64,000 nucleotides of DNA, taken from positions 16,519,974 to 16,583,973 of the forward strand of contig OZ316899.1 of the NCBI GenBank assembly GCA_973895155.1, in the 5' to 3' direction. This stretch comes from Marsupella aquatica (taxonomy: Eukaryota > Plantae > Marchantiophyta). Both the position numbers and the translations under genes were made by a program. The first letter of the stretch is position 1; each line of letters begins with the position of its first letter. Shown piece after piece: positions 13,398-26,968 of this stretch. The notes under the pieces were generated by a model. It searched no databases. It saw only the letters and a list, made by a program, of their open reading frames with translations, and was not told the origin of the DNA.

Positions 13398-16300
13398 AGT
13401 GGTGGACCTTACCACCCAGTGCCCTCACCAATCCTAGAACTCACGCCTAAGTACACTTGGTGCCCGAACGCCTCCACAAAATACCTTGAGCAAGCAACCT
13501 AGTGCCGCTTGCACCGCCAGCGGCCCCTCCCATACAAAGCCGCACTTGCTCTCTAACACGACCGCTACTCAACGGTCCTCCCTATTTGCACAAGCAACCA
13601 AGCACCTCGGTAAGTAACCCTTCAGGATCTAGAACTCGCCAAGTCTAGCATCCTAACTCAAGCTCAACAGACGTTGGTAAATAGGTCAACGATAGGTCCT
13701 CCCAATGCCATAAGCCGGAACCAGAACTCACGCCCACTGTTCGTCCAGAACAGCTCCTTCCTTGGGCACGGCCCAGGTTCCCCCTCGTACCTATCCATCA
13801 CCAACTGACCGCCCTGACCTTAGGACATGCTCATGGCCCAATTAGCGTAGCTTGTCCCAAAGCTTGTCCCAACACGCCGGGACCAGAACAGCCCCGACTC
13901 TAGCAACCGCTCCCGGTTTTCCCCATTGGTGGTCTAGGGGCCAAGCACCCTTGGAACTCAGCCTCTGCACCTACTTGGCCTTGCCTCCCCAACGCAAGCT
14001 CCCTTGGGAGACTGAACGCGGTTTGGCTGCTGTTCGGCAGGATTTGGCAAGCGGGCGAGCTAACACCCGCAAACCACGAGAACCCTCGGCACCCCCGGAC
14101 CCAATTGAGCTCAGGAGGGCTACGCCCTCCTCAAGAGCTTTCCAACGCACCTAAGAAGTCCTCCAACAGACTTCCCGTTGAGAAGATATCGCCATTCCCG
14201 TTTGGCGGTTTCCCTTAATGTCGCGACCGCCGCGGCTCATGACTTCGGCTCGCCCTTAGCCCCCAGGGAGACACCACTCCCCTCATATATGCTTCTGGAG
14301 ACCTACCACCCCCGGACCAGCTTTGGCTCCTAAACATTTGGCCTCCAACCCGGTGTCCTAAGGATAAGCAAAGAGGTGGGAAAAGAGGCTCAAGGGACAC
14401 GCAGGGTGTATGGCTGCTTGAGATAGGAAACGGTTGCAAACAAGATAAAGTAGACCCTAAGCACTTCCTTTCATCCACATCATCACAAGCAAGCAAGCAT
14501 GCATGCTTTCGAAACTCAAGCCATTTACATACTCATATCCAATCACAATCAAAATAACTAGTTCAAGCTTCCCAATGTAATCCTCACAAGTCTAAGCCCA
14601 ACATTCAATTGGTCACCATTCCTTTTCCAACACTTGATTGCACACAATCCCTTGCAACCTTCTAAGGTACACAAGTTCAAGTGTACATTCAATGTGGTCA
14701 AGTTAAGGGTCACTCTTGGTTGTGGCTAAGACAAGTGGGACATCCAAAGGTATGCAAGGCATCTCTATGCACCATTCAAACATCCAACTTTCATGGGAAA
14801 CTACTTTTGAAAAGTGACCTAGGGTTGGTCAACAAACTCCTTAACAAACATGGAATTGACCTTAGTCCCTTCCTCTAGTAGAACCACCAAGTATAATCCA
14901 CAAACAACCCAATCCATCAATCAAAAATGCCTTCACTCTTTACTCTTGCAACTTCCCTCATGCATAATAACTACTTTTGAAAGTACCTTCATTCAACCCA
15001 TCTACTTTCAAAAACACCTTCAAGCTCACAACAACATTCGAAAATGGCATGAAGACATTCATTCTAACCATTCCATCACTCATAGCCAAAGCAAGGCATC
15101 AACACACATCTCAAAAACGAGGATACCTCTCCTCTAAATGCATAGCAAGAAGGCACATGTAGCATCATGGCCTCCAAGTAAAAACATGGGTCACAAGCAA
15201 GACCCTCCTAGCAAAAATGAATCATCACCAAGTCTAATCATCAACCAAGCATTCAAAATCCCTCCATAGCCTATCCAAGCTTCAAAACCCTAGTCTCCTT
15301 CTCTCGTACTTCCTTCTATCAACCAAATCTACTTTCAAAGCTTCAAGTCAAGGAGTTTACAAGAGAGTAGTCCTTCTTAGTGAGCCATCTCTAATGCAAG
15401 ACTCCCAAGCTTCAACAAGATCAGGTCTCATCTCCTCTAAGCTTTCAAAAATCTCCTACAAGTCCATTCTCCTCAAAACTTGAAGCAACAAACCTACATT
15501 CGAGTATGCCTTCTTGTGGGCAATCTCTCATGCAAGCTCCTTATACTTCCTACCCACATCCTACCTCCTTCCTAAGGCTTTGAGTCAGCCTCTCCTACAT
15601 TCGAAACCTCTCTCCAAATCCCTAGAAAAACCGTCACAAAACTCAATCTCTTCACATTCAAAGCTTCTACTCCATCTATCTCTTCACAAAATTGCCTCTA
15701 CATCTCCTACCCTCAAAATCCTAAGGCCATGGCCAAGGAGGAGGGCTCCCCCTTCACTCATGCCTCATGCTCGAGCTCCCCTCAAGAGGTTCGCTCCTAC
15801 AACTAAAATGGGACTTAACACTCCAAAACGGCAAAACGGCAGCACTTCAGCAGCATCTAACCTCCGAACCCTTGGCCACTCGAACTTCCTCCTTTAGTAT
15901 CCACGTGGGAAGGCCCAGGGCACCCACAAGCTCCTCCACTTATGGTTTTAATCCTCATTGAATCACAGCCCTCGATCTCACACCAATTAGATCAAACGGC
16001 CAAAAATGAGCCAAAAAACCCCTCCTTAGTAACTTGCAAACCAAAAGAGCTTTGACCTTTTTGAAAAAGCCACGACCTCCACCAAGCCCTAACTCACATC
16101 TCCACCTTCAATCCAAACCATCCATTAACCAAAACCAAGATCCACCTTTGAAGTAGATACATTGAATCTGGTCCATTTAACACAAAAATCTGAATCTGGT
16201 CCAAATCTCACAAAATTGATGCACTTGGTCCAAACCCTCTTACATGCCTTGAACCTGGTCACCTCCTCCATGTATTCAATGAACCTGGTCACCATGTCGC

Positions 16301-17117
16301 CAAAACCCTAAATACCTCGCTTGTCGAGCAAGCAACCTCCATTCCGCCGATCCGCCAAATGATAACTTAATCGCTGGTCACAAATGAAAAACATACCCCA
16401 CAATAGTAACAAGGGTGGATAGGCTCGACCTCATCCCTACCTTGACCCTCATAACTCTACTTCCTCCTTCACCTTGGTCAAGTTAGCTCAAGTCAAGTCA
16501 ACTTGCCCAAGTTAGAAGCAAAATTGGTTTCAACTTCCTTCACAAAACATGATGATTCCTCCTTTAGGATGGAAACCTCATGACACCGGATCCTATCGCG
16601 CATAATGGGCGCGCCACCAACTGGCAACGCCCATAACTTTCTCGTTAGGCATCCGCAAGCGGAGTGCCTTAGCCCGTTGTGACCGGGCCGACCCAGTGCT
16701 CATGCCTAGGCCCTCAGGTCTCATCGCCGCTCGGGGTCCCCGACCGGCCTAACCCGGATCGGGCCGTAACTTGCGCCCCAAGCGTCCGTTGCCCATGGCG
16801 TCAATTCCATTGGCCTTGGGCCCAAGAGGAGCTCACTCCCAAGCCCTCAGAATTCAAAGTCCATCCGGTGGTCCGGACGACCATCCTTGAGCCCGGCCCA
16901 TTTCCCCTGACCCGACCAGCCATAGGCTAGTCCAAGTCCTTAGTGCGTGTGCCCCCAACTTGACTCCTTGCCTCGCTAGTGTCACGTCTCATTGCCCACA
17001 AGTCTCCCCATGCTAAGTCCTCCCCGGATGGCCTATCCGGGCCTGGACCATAAGGGAGCTCGGCGTCGGAGTCAGCGACGCCGGAGCTAAGTGTTAAGGT
17101 AGTCGAGTTCCGCGACT
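13398..17117 (-). repeat. 3' LTR of element A (13398-14353 + 16590-17117)
   Basis: Matches the 5' LTR pieces 22778-22858, 36910-37244 and 47603-48558. Preceded on the minus strand by the PPT. Confidence 0.93.
14354..16585. mobile_element. Solo LTR (~2.2 kb) of another family inserted in the 3' LTR of A
   Basis: Starts TGTCC and ends TGACA. CCGG is duplicated at 14350-14353 and 16586-16589. No credible ORFs. Confidence 0.8.
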
Positions 17118-17121
17118 TGCA

Positions 17122-17131
17122 CCCCCCCTTA
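17122..17131 (-). promoter_or_regulatory. Polypurine tract of element A
   Basis: The minus strand reads TAAGGGGGGG-TGCA immediately before the LTR start AGTCGCGG. Confidence 0.8.
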
Positions 17132-17556
17132 AAAATGGTCACGTCCGCGTGACCTCAGTAAACATTCCAACACGCCTAGACCACTTTGGGCCTTAAAACA
17201 ATTTTATGAGGTAACAAATGGTGTACCCATAAGGCTGATGCAAACCAGGTTGGTATGCGCATTTCAGACTTAGGAAATTCCAACCTATCCCACTTATCAA
17301 GTAGGATGTCAGTCCAAATGGGTAAGCTAACTCCAAACTCATCGAACCCATTGTCCTCCCCTTGGGGCACTCCCCTTTGGTTCAAACTAGCCCCCTCACA
17401 GATGTGGGGCGGGCACCATCAACTTCCACTCGCAAAAAGCAAATCGGCCGCCCAACAACCTCTAGCACCAACGCAATCCGACTTTATCCTTAAGAGGCCG
17501 AGAGGAGTGAAACTAGGATACAACTCACAAAGGTAGCTACAACTGCCTGTACCAGT

Positions 17557-20500
17557 TCACAACGGTGGTAGGCCGCTTCGCTTACGATAGCTTCCAAGGA
17601 TCTCTAAGGCATTACCCAAATTTTCCTCCGGTTCCCAAGTACTCTCGGCCTGATCATAGCCAGTTCCCAACTTGCGTGTGTAACGGTGGTCCACAATTGC
17701 CTCCACCTCAAACTCCTCAGCGTCCGGACGCAAGACCTGATCCCGGTTGGGATCATCGTCTTTGACAAACTTCTTGAGCCGGCTAACATGGTAGCTTTTG
17801 CCCACGCCCATTTCCTTGGATGTCTCCAACACCACCAAAACCGGATTATCCTTGTGGGCCCATGGTATAATGCAATAGGGCCCCGCATATCTGGGAGCCA
17901 ACTTCCTACTTATGTTCCCGTGGTATTGCTTAGGTCTCAACTGCAACCAGACGCTCTCCCCAATTTCAAAGCTTACCTGGCGTCGATGTTTATCCCCTTG
18001 CTCCTTGTACCGACTTTGGGCAAGGGTCATACCCTTGGTAGCCACTTCCACAACTAGGCGTCGCTCTTGAATAAAATTGTCCGCAGAAGGAACCTTGCTT
18101 TCCATCCGCCAAGCTTCCAAATTTATAAACCAGGAGGGTGCCCTTGGCGTCCTCCCTGTGGCCAACACAAACGGCGCAAACCCCGTTGCCAAAGCTTGGT
18201 CGATTTATACCTAAACTCGGCCATCGTTAAGTGCTTTGCCCAATCCTTTTGATTGGCCATCACAAAGTGACGCAAGTAGTCCTCCACGATACCATTAACC
18301 CATTCCGTTTGGCCATCTATCTCATGATGATACGCTGATCCCCTAGTCAGGTCCGTTCCGGATAACCGGAACAACGCCTTCCAGAAATGGCCCATGAACT
18401 TGGTATCGCGGTCGGACAGGATATGCAACGGCAATCTCTATTGTCAAAAGACATTGTCAAACACTAGACCGGCAACCTCTCGGGCCAAAACCATCTTCAT
18501 AGTAGGCAAGAAATACGCCATCTTGGAAAAACGATCCACAATCCACGATTGTTAAGATGGAGTTATTGCCGTGGGACTCAGGTAACCCAACAATGAAGTC
18601 CATGGAGATAGACTCCCATGGAGCCGCAGCTACTGGTAAGGGTTGCAGCAGTCCCCCTTTTGCCATATAGACCGTTTGGTTCTTTTGGCACGAGTAACAA
18701 CTTTGCACGTGTTGAAGGACCGATTGCTTCATGTCCAGCAAATACACATCTCACGACATGCTGCGATACATAGCGGCTTGTCCTCCATGCCCTCCCCAGG
18801 GCAAGTCATGGTACTTTTGCAGAACCTCTAACCTTAGAGACTCTGGTATGTACACACGCCTCTGCTTGTACCACCATAACTGAACATTATGCGTCGTATC
18901 CAACCCCAATGATACGTGCCTTACCTTGCCTCGGCTACCCCCATTGCTTTGCCATTCCTTAGCTAACCTATCATCCCCATACGCCGCGGCCAGAACCTTT
19001 GGCCACTCGGATTCAAGCATCGTGATCCCATTGACACAATGTTGGTCCTTACCCAATAACATGTCCGCTACCGTATTTATCTTCCCTGGAATGTGGCGGA
19101 CTTTGAAATCGAAATCCGCCAAGAACATGTGCCAGCGCATTTCCTTGGGGTTCAGCCTTGGCTTAGAACTGAAGTACCCGGCCGGCGAGCTATCTGTGTG
19201 GTTACCACTTTGGGACCGTTCTTAAGGTAAATCTCCCACTTCTTCAACGCATAGATCACATCATACATTTTCCTTTCCAGCGTGATCCAGTGATTTTTGA
19301 ACTTACATGACTCGAAGGCCACAGGACGCCCATCTTGGTGAAGACATGCGCCAATGGCATAATCACTTGCGTCTGTCCAAATCTCAAATGGCTTCCCCAT
19401 CTTAGATAACTTTAGAACCGACGGCTATATCATTAACCGCTTAAGTTCTAGGAATGCTAACTCGCAATCCTGTGTCCACACAAACACTTTGTTTTTCAAC
19501 GTTAGTGCATTTAGGGGCCTCGCAATCCTCGCATAGTCTTTCATGTATCTCCGATAGAACCCCGTAAATCCTAAGAAGGCTCTAACTTGCCTTACATTGG
19601 ATGGGCGCTCCCATTCTTTGATCTCCTTAAGCTTGTCCTGACTAGGCGTAATCCCTTCCGGGGTAAAGGTATGGCCGAGGAACTGAATCTCGTTCATCGC
19701 AAACTCGTACTTGCTAGGTTTAGCAAAGAGACGAGCCTTACAAAGGCGAGAGAACACTTCTCTGAGCAACTGCTCATGTTCCTCCAACGCTTCAAGTAGA
19801 TTAGATGTCGTCAATAAAGACGACCACTCCTTGGTCCAACAAGTCATGAAAGATGGTATTCATCATCTTCATGAACGTTGCGGTTGCATTACACAACCCA
19901 AACGGCATAACCAAAAACTCATAGGATCCGAACCTCGTGCGCATCGCGGTCTTATACTTGTCTCCCTTGGCCATGCAGATCTGGTAATACCCAGACCGCA
20001 AGTCCACCTTTGAAAACTTCTTAGCCCCGGAGAGGCAATCGAAGAGGTCATCCATATGAGGTAGCGGGTACTTGTTCTTTGTCGTCTGCTTATTGAGGGC
20101 CCGGTAATCTGTGCACAATCTCAAAGTACCATCCTTTTTGGACACAAATAATGCGGGCGCCCCGTAAGGACTCTTACTAGGGCGAATGAACCCTTGGTCG
20201 ATCAACTCTTCCAAGGCGTTCTTCAACATGATTCGCTTGTTTAGGTTCAGACAATAAGGAGCTTTAGCCTGAGGAGCCGATCCTGGCTCCAACTCAACTT
20301 GGTGATCCACTTCTCTCTGTGGGGGTAAACCTTTAGGTAGCTTCTGCAAGAGCACGTCGTTGAATTCCTCTAAAATTTCAGGAATTCGACCGCAGTCGGG
20401 CCCGACCTTAGCTGACTTGACCTTTGGCTGCGATGCAGCCTCCTTAGTTGGGTGGAGATGAAAGAAGAAACATTCATGTCCACCCTTGAAGTCTTTCCAC

Positions 20501-20628
20501 CATTGCTTCGCCGATACACACGGAGACATCCACGACACTTTACTTACTTTAGAATCTTTCTTTATTTTCGGTAATTTTGTGTACAATGATGGGCTCACCG
20601 CCCTTATTGGGAAAATGGAGCACCTCAC
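17557..20628 (-). pseudogene. pol: pol of element A: RT, RNase H, integrase and C-terminal chromodomain (frameshifted)
   Basis: [24 protein letters not shown] (RT); TDASDYAIG (RNase H); PWESISMDF (integrase); FEVEAIVDHR...STWEPEENL (chromodomain). Confidence 0.95.
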
Positions 20629-22632
20629 CCCCCGATTTCAAGGTAACATTGTGCTTTCTAAGATAACCTACCGCCAAAATGAAGTCTACGGCTAGACCGT
20701 CTAGAATGTAGAACATCTCCTGACTAACAAAATTTTGTTGTTCGCCTATGACCTCTACCCAAAGTCTATGCACTACTCTTGACACTATCCCCTTCGTGTC
20801 ATTGGCGAACTTGCACACTAACGGTTGTAGCAACTCTGGCATGTCCACCCCAAGACGAGCTGCCGCCTGCCCACTTATGAAGCAGGCGGTCGCGCCTGTA
20901 TCCACCAAAGCAACACCCAGATTACCGTTAGAAGTGACATTCACAAAAATAAGTTTTTCAGGATCCCTTGTCTTAACTTTAGGTATCTTCTCTCGCAACA
21001 ACACCCTCTCTCTGTCAGGGACATCCCCTACAGGGACCTTGTCAGCTACTAAGGGTTCGGTTAGAGCGATACTTACCTTAAGGCTCTTCTGCCCTCCACC
21101 ATCTCCGTTTGGCTTGCCACCTTTCGTGGAACAATCCTTACTTTGATGGCCCATGGCACCACATGTGAAGCACGAACCTTCAGCCCGCCTCTGCTCCATG
21201 GTTGCCTGCTTCTTTGCTTTTTGTGCCAATGAGGCTCCTTTCTTGAAGTTGCCAGCCTTCCGGTTTCGCTTAGCTTCTCCATTCTGGGGTTGGGGATCCG
21301 AACCACCGGCCCCCACCCCCTCAGGTTGCTTACGCTTATTCCCGGGACCTATTGCTTTCCCAGCTTCCCCCTCGGATCCCTTGCCACCCACCTTTGCCAA
21401 GTCCGGGCGGTTATTCACCAACGTAGTGGCCTTGTCAAAGGCGTCAAAAAGCATTTTGAACTCATGACGCTTTTCCTGCAACTTTTCCCTGAGCAGCGGC
21501 GGGAGCTTCACGATAAAGTTGTGAAGCTGTGTATGTAGGGTCTCTTGTCCCGCCGGGATACACGCCAATTTATTCTGGTAATAAGTGATGAACTTTTGGA
21601 TATCACCCTTGAAGCTCATCTCCGTTACACATTTCTGAGCGTGCCACTCCGAGTACTTAGTGGTGACATGAGCATGGAGTCCTCAACCAGGTTTTCCCAA
21701 GTTAACGGCAAGGAGGAGTCCTCTCGCAACTTCTTCCATGACTTGTACCAAGTCAAGGCATAGTCCTTCAGGTAAGGAGCGGCTGCGGTAGCCCAAGTGG
21801 AATGCTCAACGCACGCTTGGAGATGAATCTCCATCGTGGAGAGCCAACTCAAGAACTTTTGTCCACTTTGTTTGTAGGCCCCGTCGTAAGTTGGAGGAGT
21901 CGGTAGCTGGTTCACTTGGAACATACTCCTTCCAACTACCATTCCCCCCTCGGGACGCGACACACTCTGACTACCCAAACTAAGTAAGTACTTAATCTGG
22001 CCCACTTGTTGTGTTCCAACTGCTCATAGATGAGTTGTTGGTCTTGAGTCAACGGACCCAGACCATTGTCAGCGACCGGGCCCTTGCGGGTTGTGTGAGG
22101 ACAGTCCTCCAACCGTCTTTCCTTTGCGGGCCGCCTGTCCTTAGGTTCTCTTGTGGATTTTGGTGATACCCCCCCGCGTCTTGCAAGCACCAAGACCTCC
22201 CGGGACTGAGGTATCACCCGCGTCATCCTGGTTCTGCTTGGTCAAATTATCGATGATGACGTGCGGCTTGACATCATCCTCTGGTTTCGCATTCAACCCT
22301 CTCAAGGCTGGGATCAGTTCCTCCTCTGGGTCCTGACCCTCTTCCTCCGTTTTGGCTTCAGCCTCGTCGTCGCTTCCTTCTGCGTCGGAGTCGTCGTCAT
22401 CCAACCTGTCCTCTAAAGGATTGGCCACCTCCTTCCCTTTAAGTTGACGGCGCTCTGCACTTGACGTGTTTGCCACAGCGGTCGACGGTTTGGCCATTGT
22501 GTCTTCTTTGTCCTGCTTGTAACGTTTGTCTAGGGAAGTCGACCCGTCCTCCTTCTGTTCATCTTGAACTTGGGCTCTCCGCTTGGTGGGAGGAGCCTGT
22601 TTGCCACTCTTTGATTGAGTGTTTTTAGCCAT
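20549..22632 (-). pseudogene. gag: gag and aspartic protease of element A (frameshifted)
   Basis: Capsid-like region (YLKDYALTWY), zinc knuckle CFTCGAMGHQSKDC and protease ALVDTGA. Confidence 0.9.
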
Positions 22633-22764
22633 GTTCCCAGCAACTGAATCTGCCCGTAGTCAACCCGCCAGGCACGTTGAAGCACTAAGTCCCCGCAAAA
22701 ATCCGTTAAGATTTTTGGATTCCGACTTAGCACAACCCCGGCCCGATGTCTATGCCAGCAATCA

Positions 22765-22775
22765 CTCTGATACCA
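22765..22775 (-). promoter_or_regulatory. Primer-binding site (tRNA-iMet) of element A
   Basis: Minus strand TGGTATCAGAG, 2 nt after the LTR end. Confidence 0.92.
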
Positions 22776-23607
22776 CAAGTGGTGGACCTTACCACCCAGC
22801 GCCCTCACCAATCCCAACACTCACGCCTAAGTACCCTTGGTGTCCGAACGCCTCCATGCACTAGTACATTTTAGGCACTTTTCCGATACTAAAAACACGC
22901 ATTTCTCAATGCGCCCGATACTAAACACAACGGAAAACTTCCGATACTCCTAGCTACGGAACTTCCGATACTACCAAAATCGGACATTATTATCCGATAT
23001 GTTTTGTATCAAAAACTTTATCCAATACCCATCATATCGGACAATGTCCGAAACATCCTGTATCGCAAATTGAGAGCCGACATGTTTTTCAGACGTCCAA
23101 TAATAATAGTATCAAAAGCTAATTCCGATAGGTTTGGTTTCAGACATTTACCGATACAAATGGTATCGGACATATTTTTGCGATACTAGTTACAACGGAA
23201 ATCATTTGCGAAGGCTGAGGTATCGGTTACTATCCGTTGAAATTTCTATCGGACCCCTCCTCGGCTGCGGGCTTAAGCGTCCGATCTGTGGAGTATTGGA
23301 TAGTGGATTCCGATTGTTATAGTATCGGAAAATCCGATACTTTGAGGATGGGAAGGGGTTTTTTGCTTTGGCAGTACTGATGTGTGTCCGATATGTTTCC
23401 GATGGTATTTGAATGGGACATATGGGACTTTAGTGTTTTACAATGTATAGGTTGCGTGGAATTAATGGATTCAGATATGGGGCATACTTTAAGCAATAGA
23501 TATGTATACTGCATGAAATTGTGGACAATTAGAAAAATCGTAGAATGCTGATAAAAAGATAGTGCCAGTAAAAATATACATGAAGATGGTGGGGTCTACA
23601 ATTTATA

Positions 23608-26600
23608 CTAACTTGTGGGGGGTATGTCTCTATCTTCCACTACAACTACGTTGGGTCTCTCTTGGACTATGGACCGTGATCTGGGAATATACGGCATGAC
23701 AATGGACCACTCGGGGTCATTGGGATAGGGTAGGTAAAAGCATTGCTCAAGGTGATGTGGGAAGGCAAAGGGATCTGAGGACCTCCAGTTGGAACTGATG
23801 ACACTATTTGCGGATGTCTTCACACGAGTAAAACCGCATGCATCATCTTCACAAGTACGATTGTGGCCTACAAGATTCATCTTGAACCATTTGCACTTGA
23901 ATACCACTTCCTCCAAAGTAGTATGTGCATGGTACTTCATTGTTAGGATCTCCTCAATCTTCCCATAATGGGCCACGGTGGAGCGAATGGGATTCATGTC
24001 TGACATGCTACTCTGGGAATCTTGGGTGAACCAACCCATCACCCCACAATCCTGTGTAGCTGCCCTCTTCTCATCAAGTCGTTCCACACGAAAATGTCTC
24101 CCCTTTGACCACATGGCAGTCCGAGTCGTGACTATAAGTAGTGGACCATGAACCAAGGTACGAAGTTTATCTGTCACGTTTGGGTAGTGTAATACACTCT
24201 CCCCGGTACCCACCAGGGCATCCACTTCTAACAACTTCTCCTTCATGTATAGGTGAAACTTGGGAAATAACCGTGGGCGTCGACTGTTTTGCTTCTCCTC
24301 CTCATAAAATGTTGTCCACTCCCCGACAACCTCGGGTGAGTTATACAACATAAATGTTGTGAGCTGTAAATGCTCTGCTGAGCCTATGAGACGCTCTCCA
24401 GATGCCCCAGTGAGTCTATCATCCTCATAGTCAACCTCTCGTGCCGCCTCATCTATCCATCCCCTAGGAGCACTAGGATCTAGTGTGGCAACTATGTTTG
24501 TACAGTAAAACATACTCTCTGCTCCAAGATGATGCTCCACAATGCTACCTTCCACCCTAGCGCGATTAAAGACATATGACTTCATCACCCCCATATAACG
24601 CTCTACCCAATACATCCATCGACAATGTACTGGGCCTGCAATTGCAACCTCGCGCACTAAATGTATGAGGAAATGAACCTGACCATCAAAGAATGAGGGA
24701 GGGAGTGCCTTCTCCAGCTTGCAGACAACCTCTATTCCAAATATCTCCATAGCAGCAATGTCATCCTCCTGTACCTCCTTTTGACATACCCATCTTAAGA
24801 GCTTACCCAATGACCAAAGGGCATCATGAAGTTCCTCACTACCCAATCCAATAATAGCAACTGGAAGAACATGTTCAAGCAACCGATGATAATCATGTGT
24901 CTTCAAGAAAGATGGCCATTTTGGAGAATCCTCCCCCCCAAATGCCTTCCAAAGATTGGTACCATAACCTGTGGGAAACCTCATCAACCCAATACGTCTG
25001 CGAAACTCAATGTGCTCTGCCCTTGTCAAAACCCAAGGAGGATGGATGCTAGGGGGAGCACAGGGGGGTCCAAAGATGGCCAAAAACCCAAAAGACCATG
25101 CATCCCCATCTCCTCACAACTTTCTCTCCAATTGTTATTTTTCTCCCCATATAGATGGCGAATCAATGATTTCCCCACATTCCCCTCAATGTGCATAGGG
25201 TCTAACAAGTGATTAATGGGCATATCTGACCAATATGGCAATTGTGACAATGCAGACAAACGGGTCATGCCACATCTGAATAATGGTAATGGATCACTCG
25301 GATCCTGAACTCTCCCCCATACCTCTCTCCAATATGCTGGATCCTTCCGCTGAGGTTAAGGACGAATATCAGGTTGGCCCTCATCAGTATCATAAAGGAA
25401 TGGATCACTCCTCCAAGGATGGTCTGGTGGAAGATATTTAGTATGACCAATGTAAACAATTTTTTGCAGAGTACTTGACTTGGGCCTGGCCACCCCCTCC
25501 AAATCGGGTCCACATGTAGAGCAAGCTCGATAGCCTGATGTTTGCAATCCAGAAATATATCCAAACCCTGCCCAGTGCATAGAAAACACATTCATAAAAT
25601 AAGGTTCATCAAGGCAAAAATCTGCATAATTGCAATTAAATACAAGGTTTAGGTACTAGAGGAAATAAGGGTTTACCATACCTGGTAAATCATGCATGGT
25701 CCACATAAGGATGGCCTTTAGAGTAAATACGCAGGATAAACCTCATGTGTTGTGACGTCCATCATAACAATCCACTCCTCTCCACAGTTGTATCAACTCA
25801 TCAATCAATGGCTGCAAGTACACATCAATCTTTTTAACTTGCTTAGGACCCGGAATAATCATGGAGAGTAGTAGGTGACCTTTCTTCATGGCCATCCAAG
25901 GAGGGATGTTGTAGTTTGTCAACACTACTGGCCACACCGAATATGGTTTGGCTTTTCCTGTCAATGGGCTGATACCGTCTGCTGCCAAGCCTAGTCGAAC
26001 ATGTCGTGTGTCAATTTTGAACTCTCCCCATCTATCCTCAACAAATCGATTGGCAGGAGAGTCAACCATCATCCGCATGGCACTAGAGGGTACAGCCATA
26101 TCAGAACGATTTTGTGAGTGCCATACCATCATCTCAGCCAACTCTGCACATCGGAATTGATGTCGCAATCGAGGGATAAGAGGAAAGTACCTCATAACCT
26201 TTTGCGGTACCTTCCCCGTCAACATGTCATCACGGTACCGTGGCTTCTGACATTTAGGACATGTAGTGGCATTTTCATGCTCACCCCTAAAAAGAATGCA
26301 ATCATCCATACATGCATGTATCACCTCATACTTCAGGCCAATGGACCTCAACACCTGTTTAGCCTCTTTCCAAGAGGCTGGCAATGCATTGCCTACTGGC
26401 AAAATACGATCATGCAAGGTACGGAAAACATCATCCAAAAGTAGATTGCTTGCCCCATGTCTTTGCTGCAAGTTGAGCAACAACATTATTGATGAGAGCC
26501 GAGATAACCTACTCCCCTCGAATATGCGAGTACGGGCATGACGTTGCGCCTCCTCCCATTGCTTGTCTTGGGACCCCCTAGAAGGATGTGGATGACTAGT

Positions 26601-26843
26601 CCTTTCATGGGTTGAACCAATGTCCTCCAAACCAATGTCATCGTGATCATCATAGAATTGGTCCATGAGCTCATCCATGGCCCTCTCCTCATCAAGATGG
26701 TCTTGGATAGGATCATCACCATCATGTCGTACCCCATCCTCTTGCCTTTGCGGTTCATGCCCACGGTTGGCCACCATGGCCTCAACAAGGTGTTGTCGCA
26801 TAGCTCGTCATATTACCCCAATATCAGGCGTTACATATTGATT
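23608..26843 (-). pseudogene. CACTA TnpD-like transposase (Transposase_21, DUF4218/DUF4216-like), spliced, with stops and frameshifts
   Basis: HACMDDCILF...CPKC..PRY, RLGLAADG.SP, SVWPVVLTNYNIPPW, DPMHIEGNV, LKTHDYH, GPVHCRWMYWVER and FKCKWF. Confidence 0.93.
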
Positions 26844-26968
26844 CTATCATACAACATCAATTAATTAATCTCATCAACACATGCACTGCTGAACAACATC
26901 ATTCTCATGTAAACATGTAAAATAAACTGACATATATATATATGCATGTATGTAAGTCCAAGAAACTA

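Noticed and set aside
14354-16585. Short ORFs in the solo LTR and in the A LTRs
   Set aside because: Low-complexity by-products of compositional strand bias, with no domain signal.
17176-17550. Possible extra ORF between the chromodomain and the 3' LTR of A
   Set aside because: Short, contains a stop and has no recognisable motif.
21071-21079. Perfect splice donor (AAG|GTAAGT, minus strand) just after the gag zinc knuckle of element A
   Set aside because: It could make a gag-only transcript, but the ORF reads through to protease and no acceptor can be supported without RNA data.
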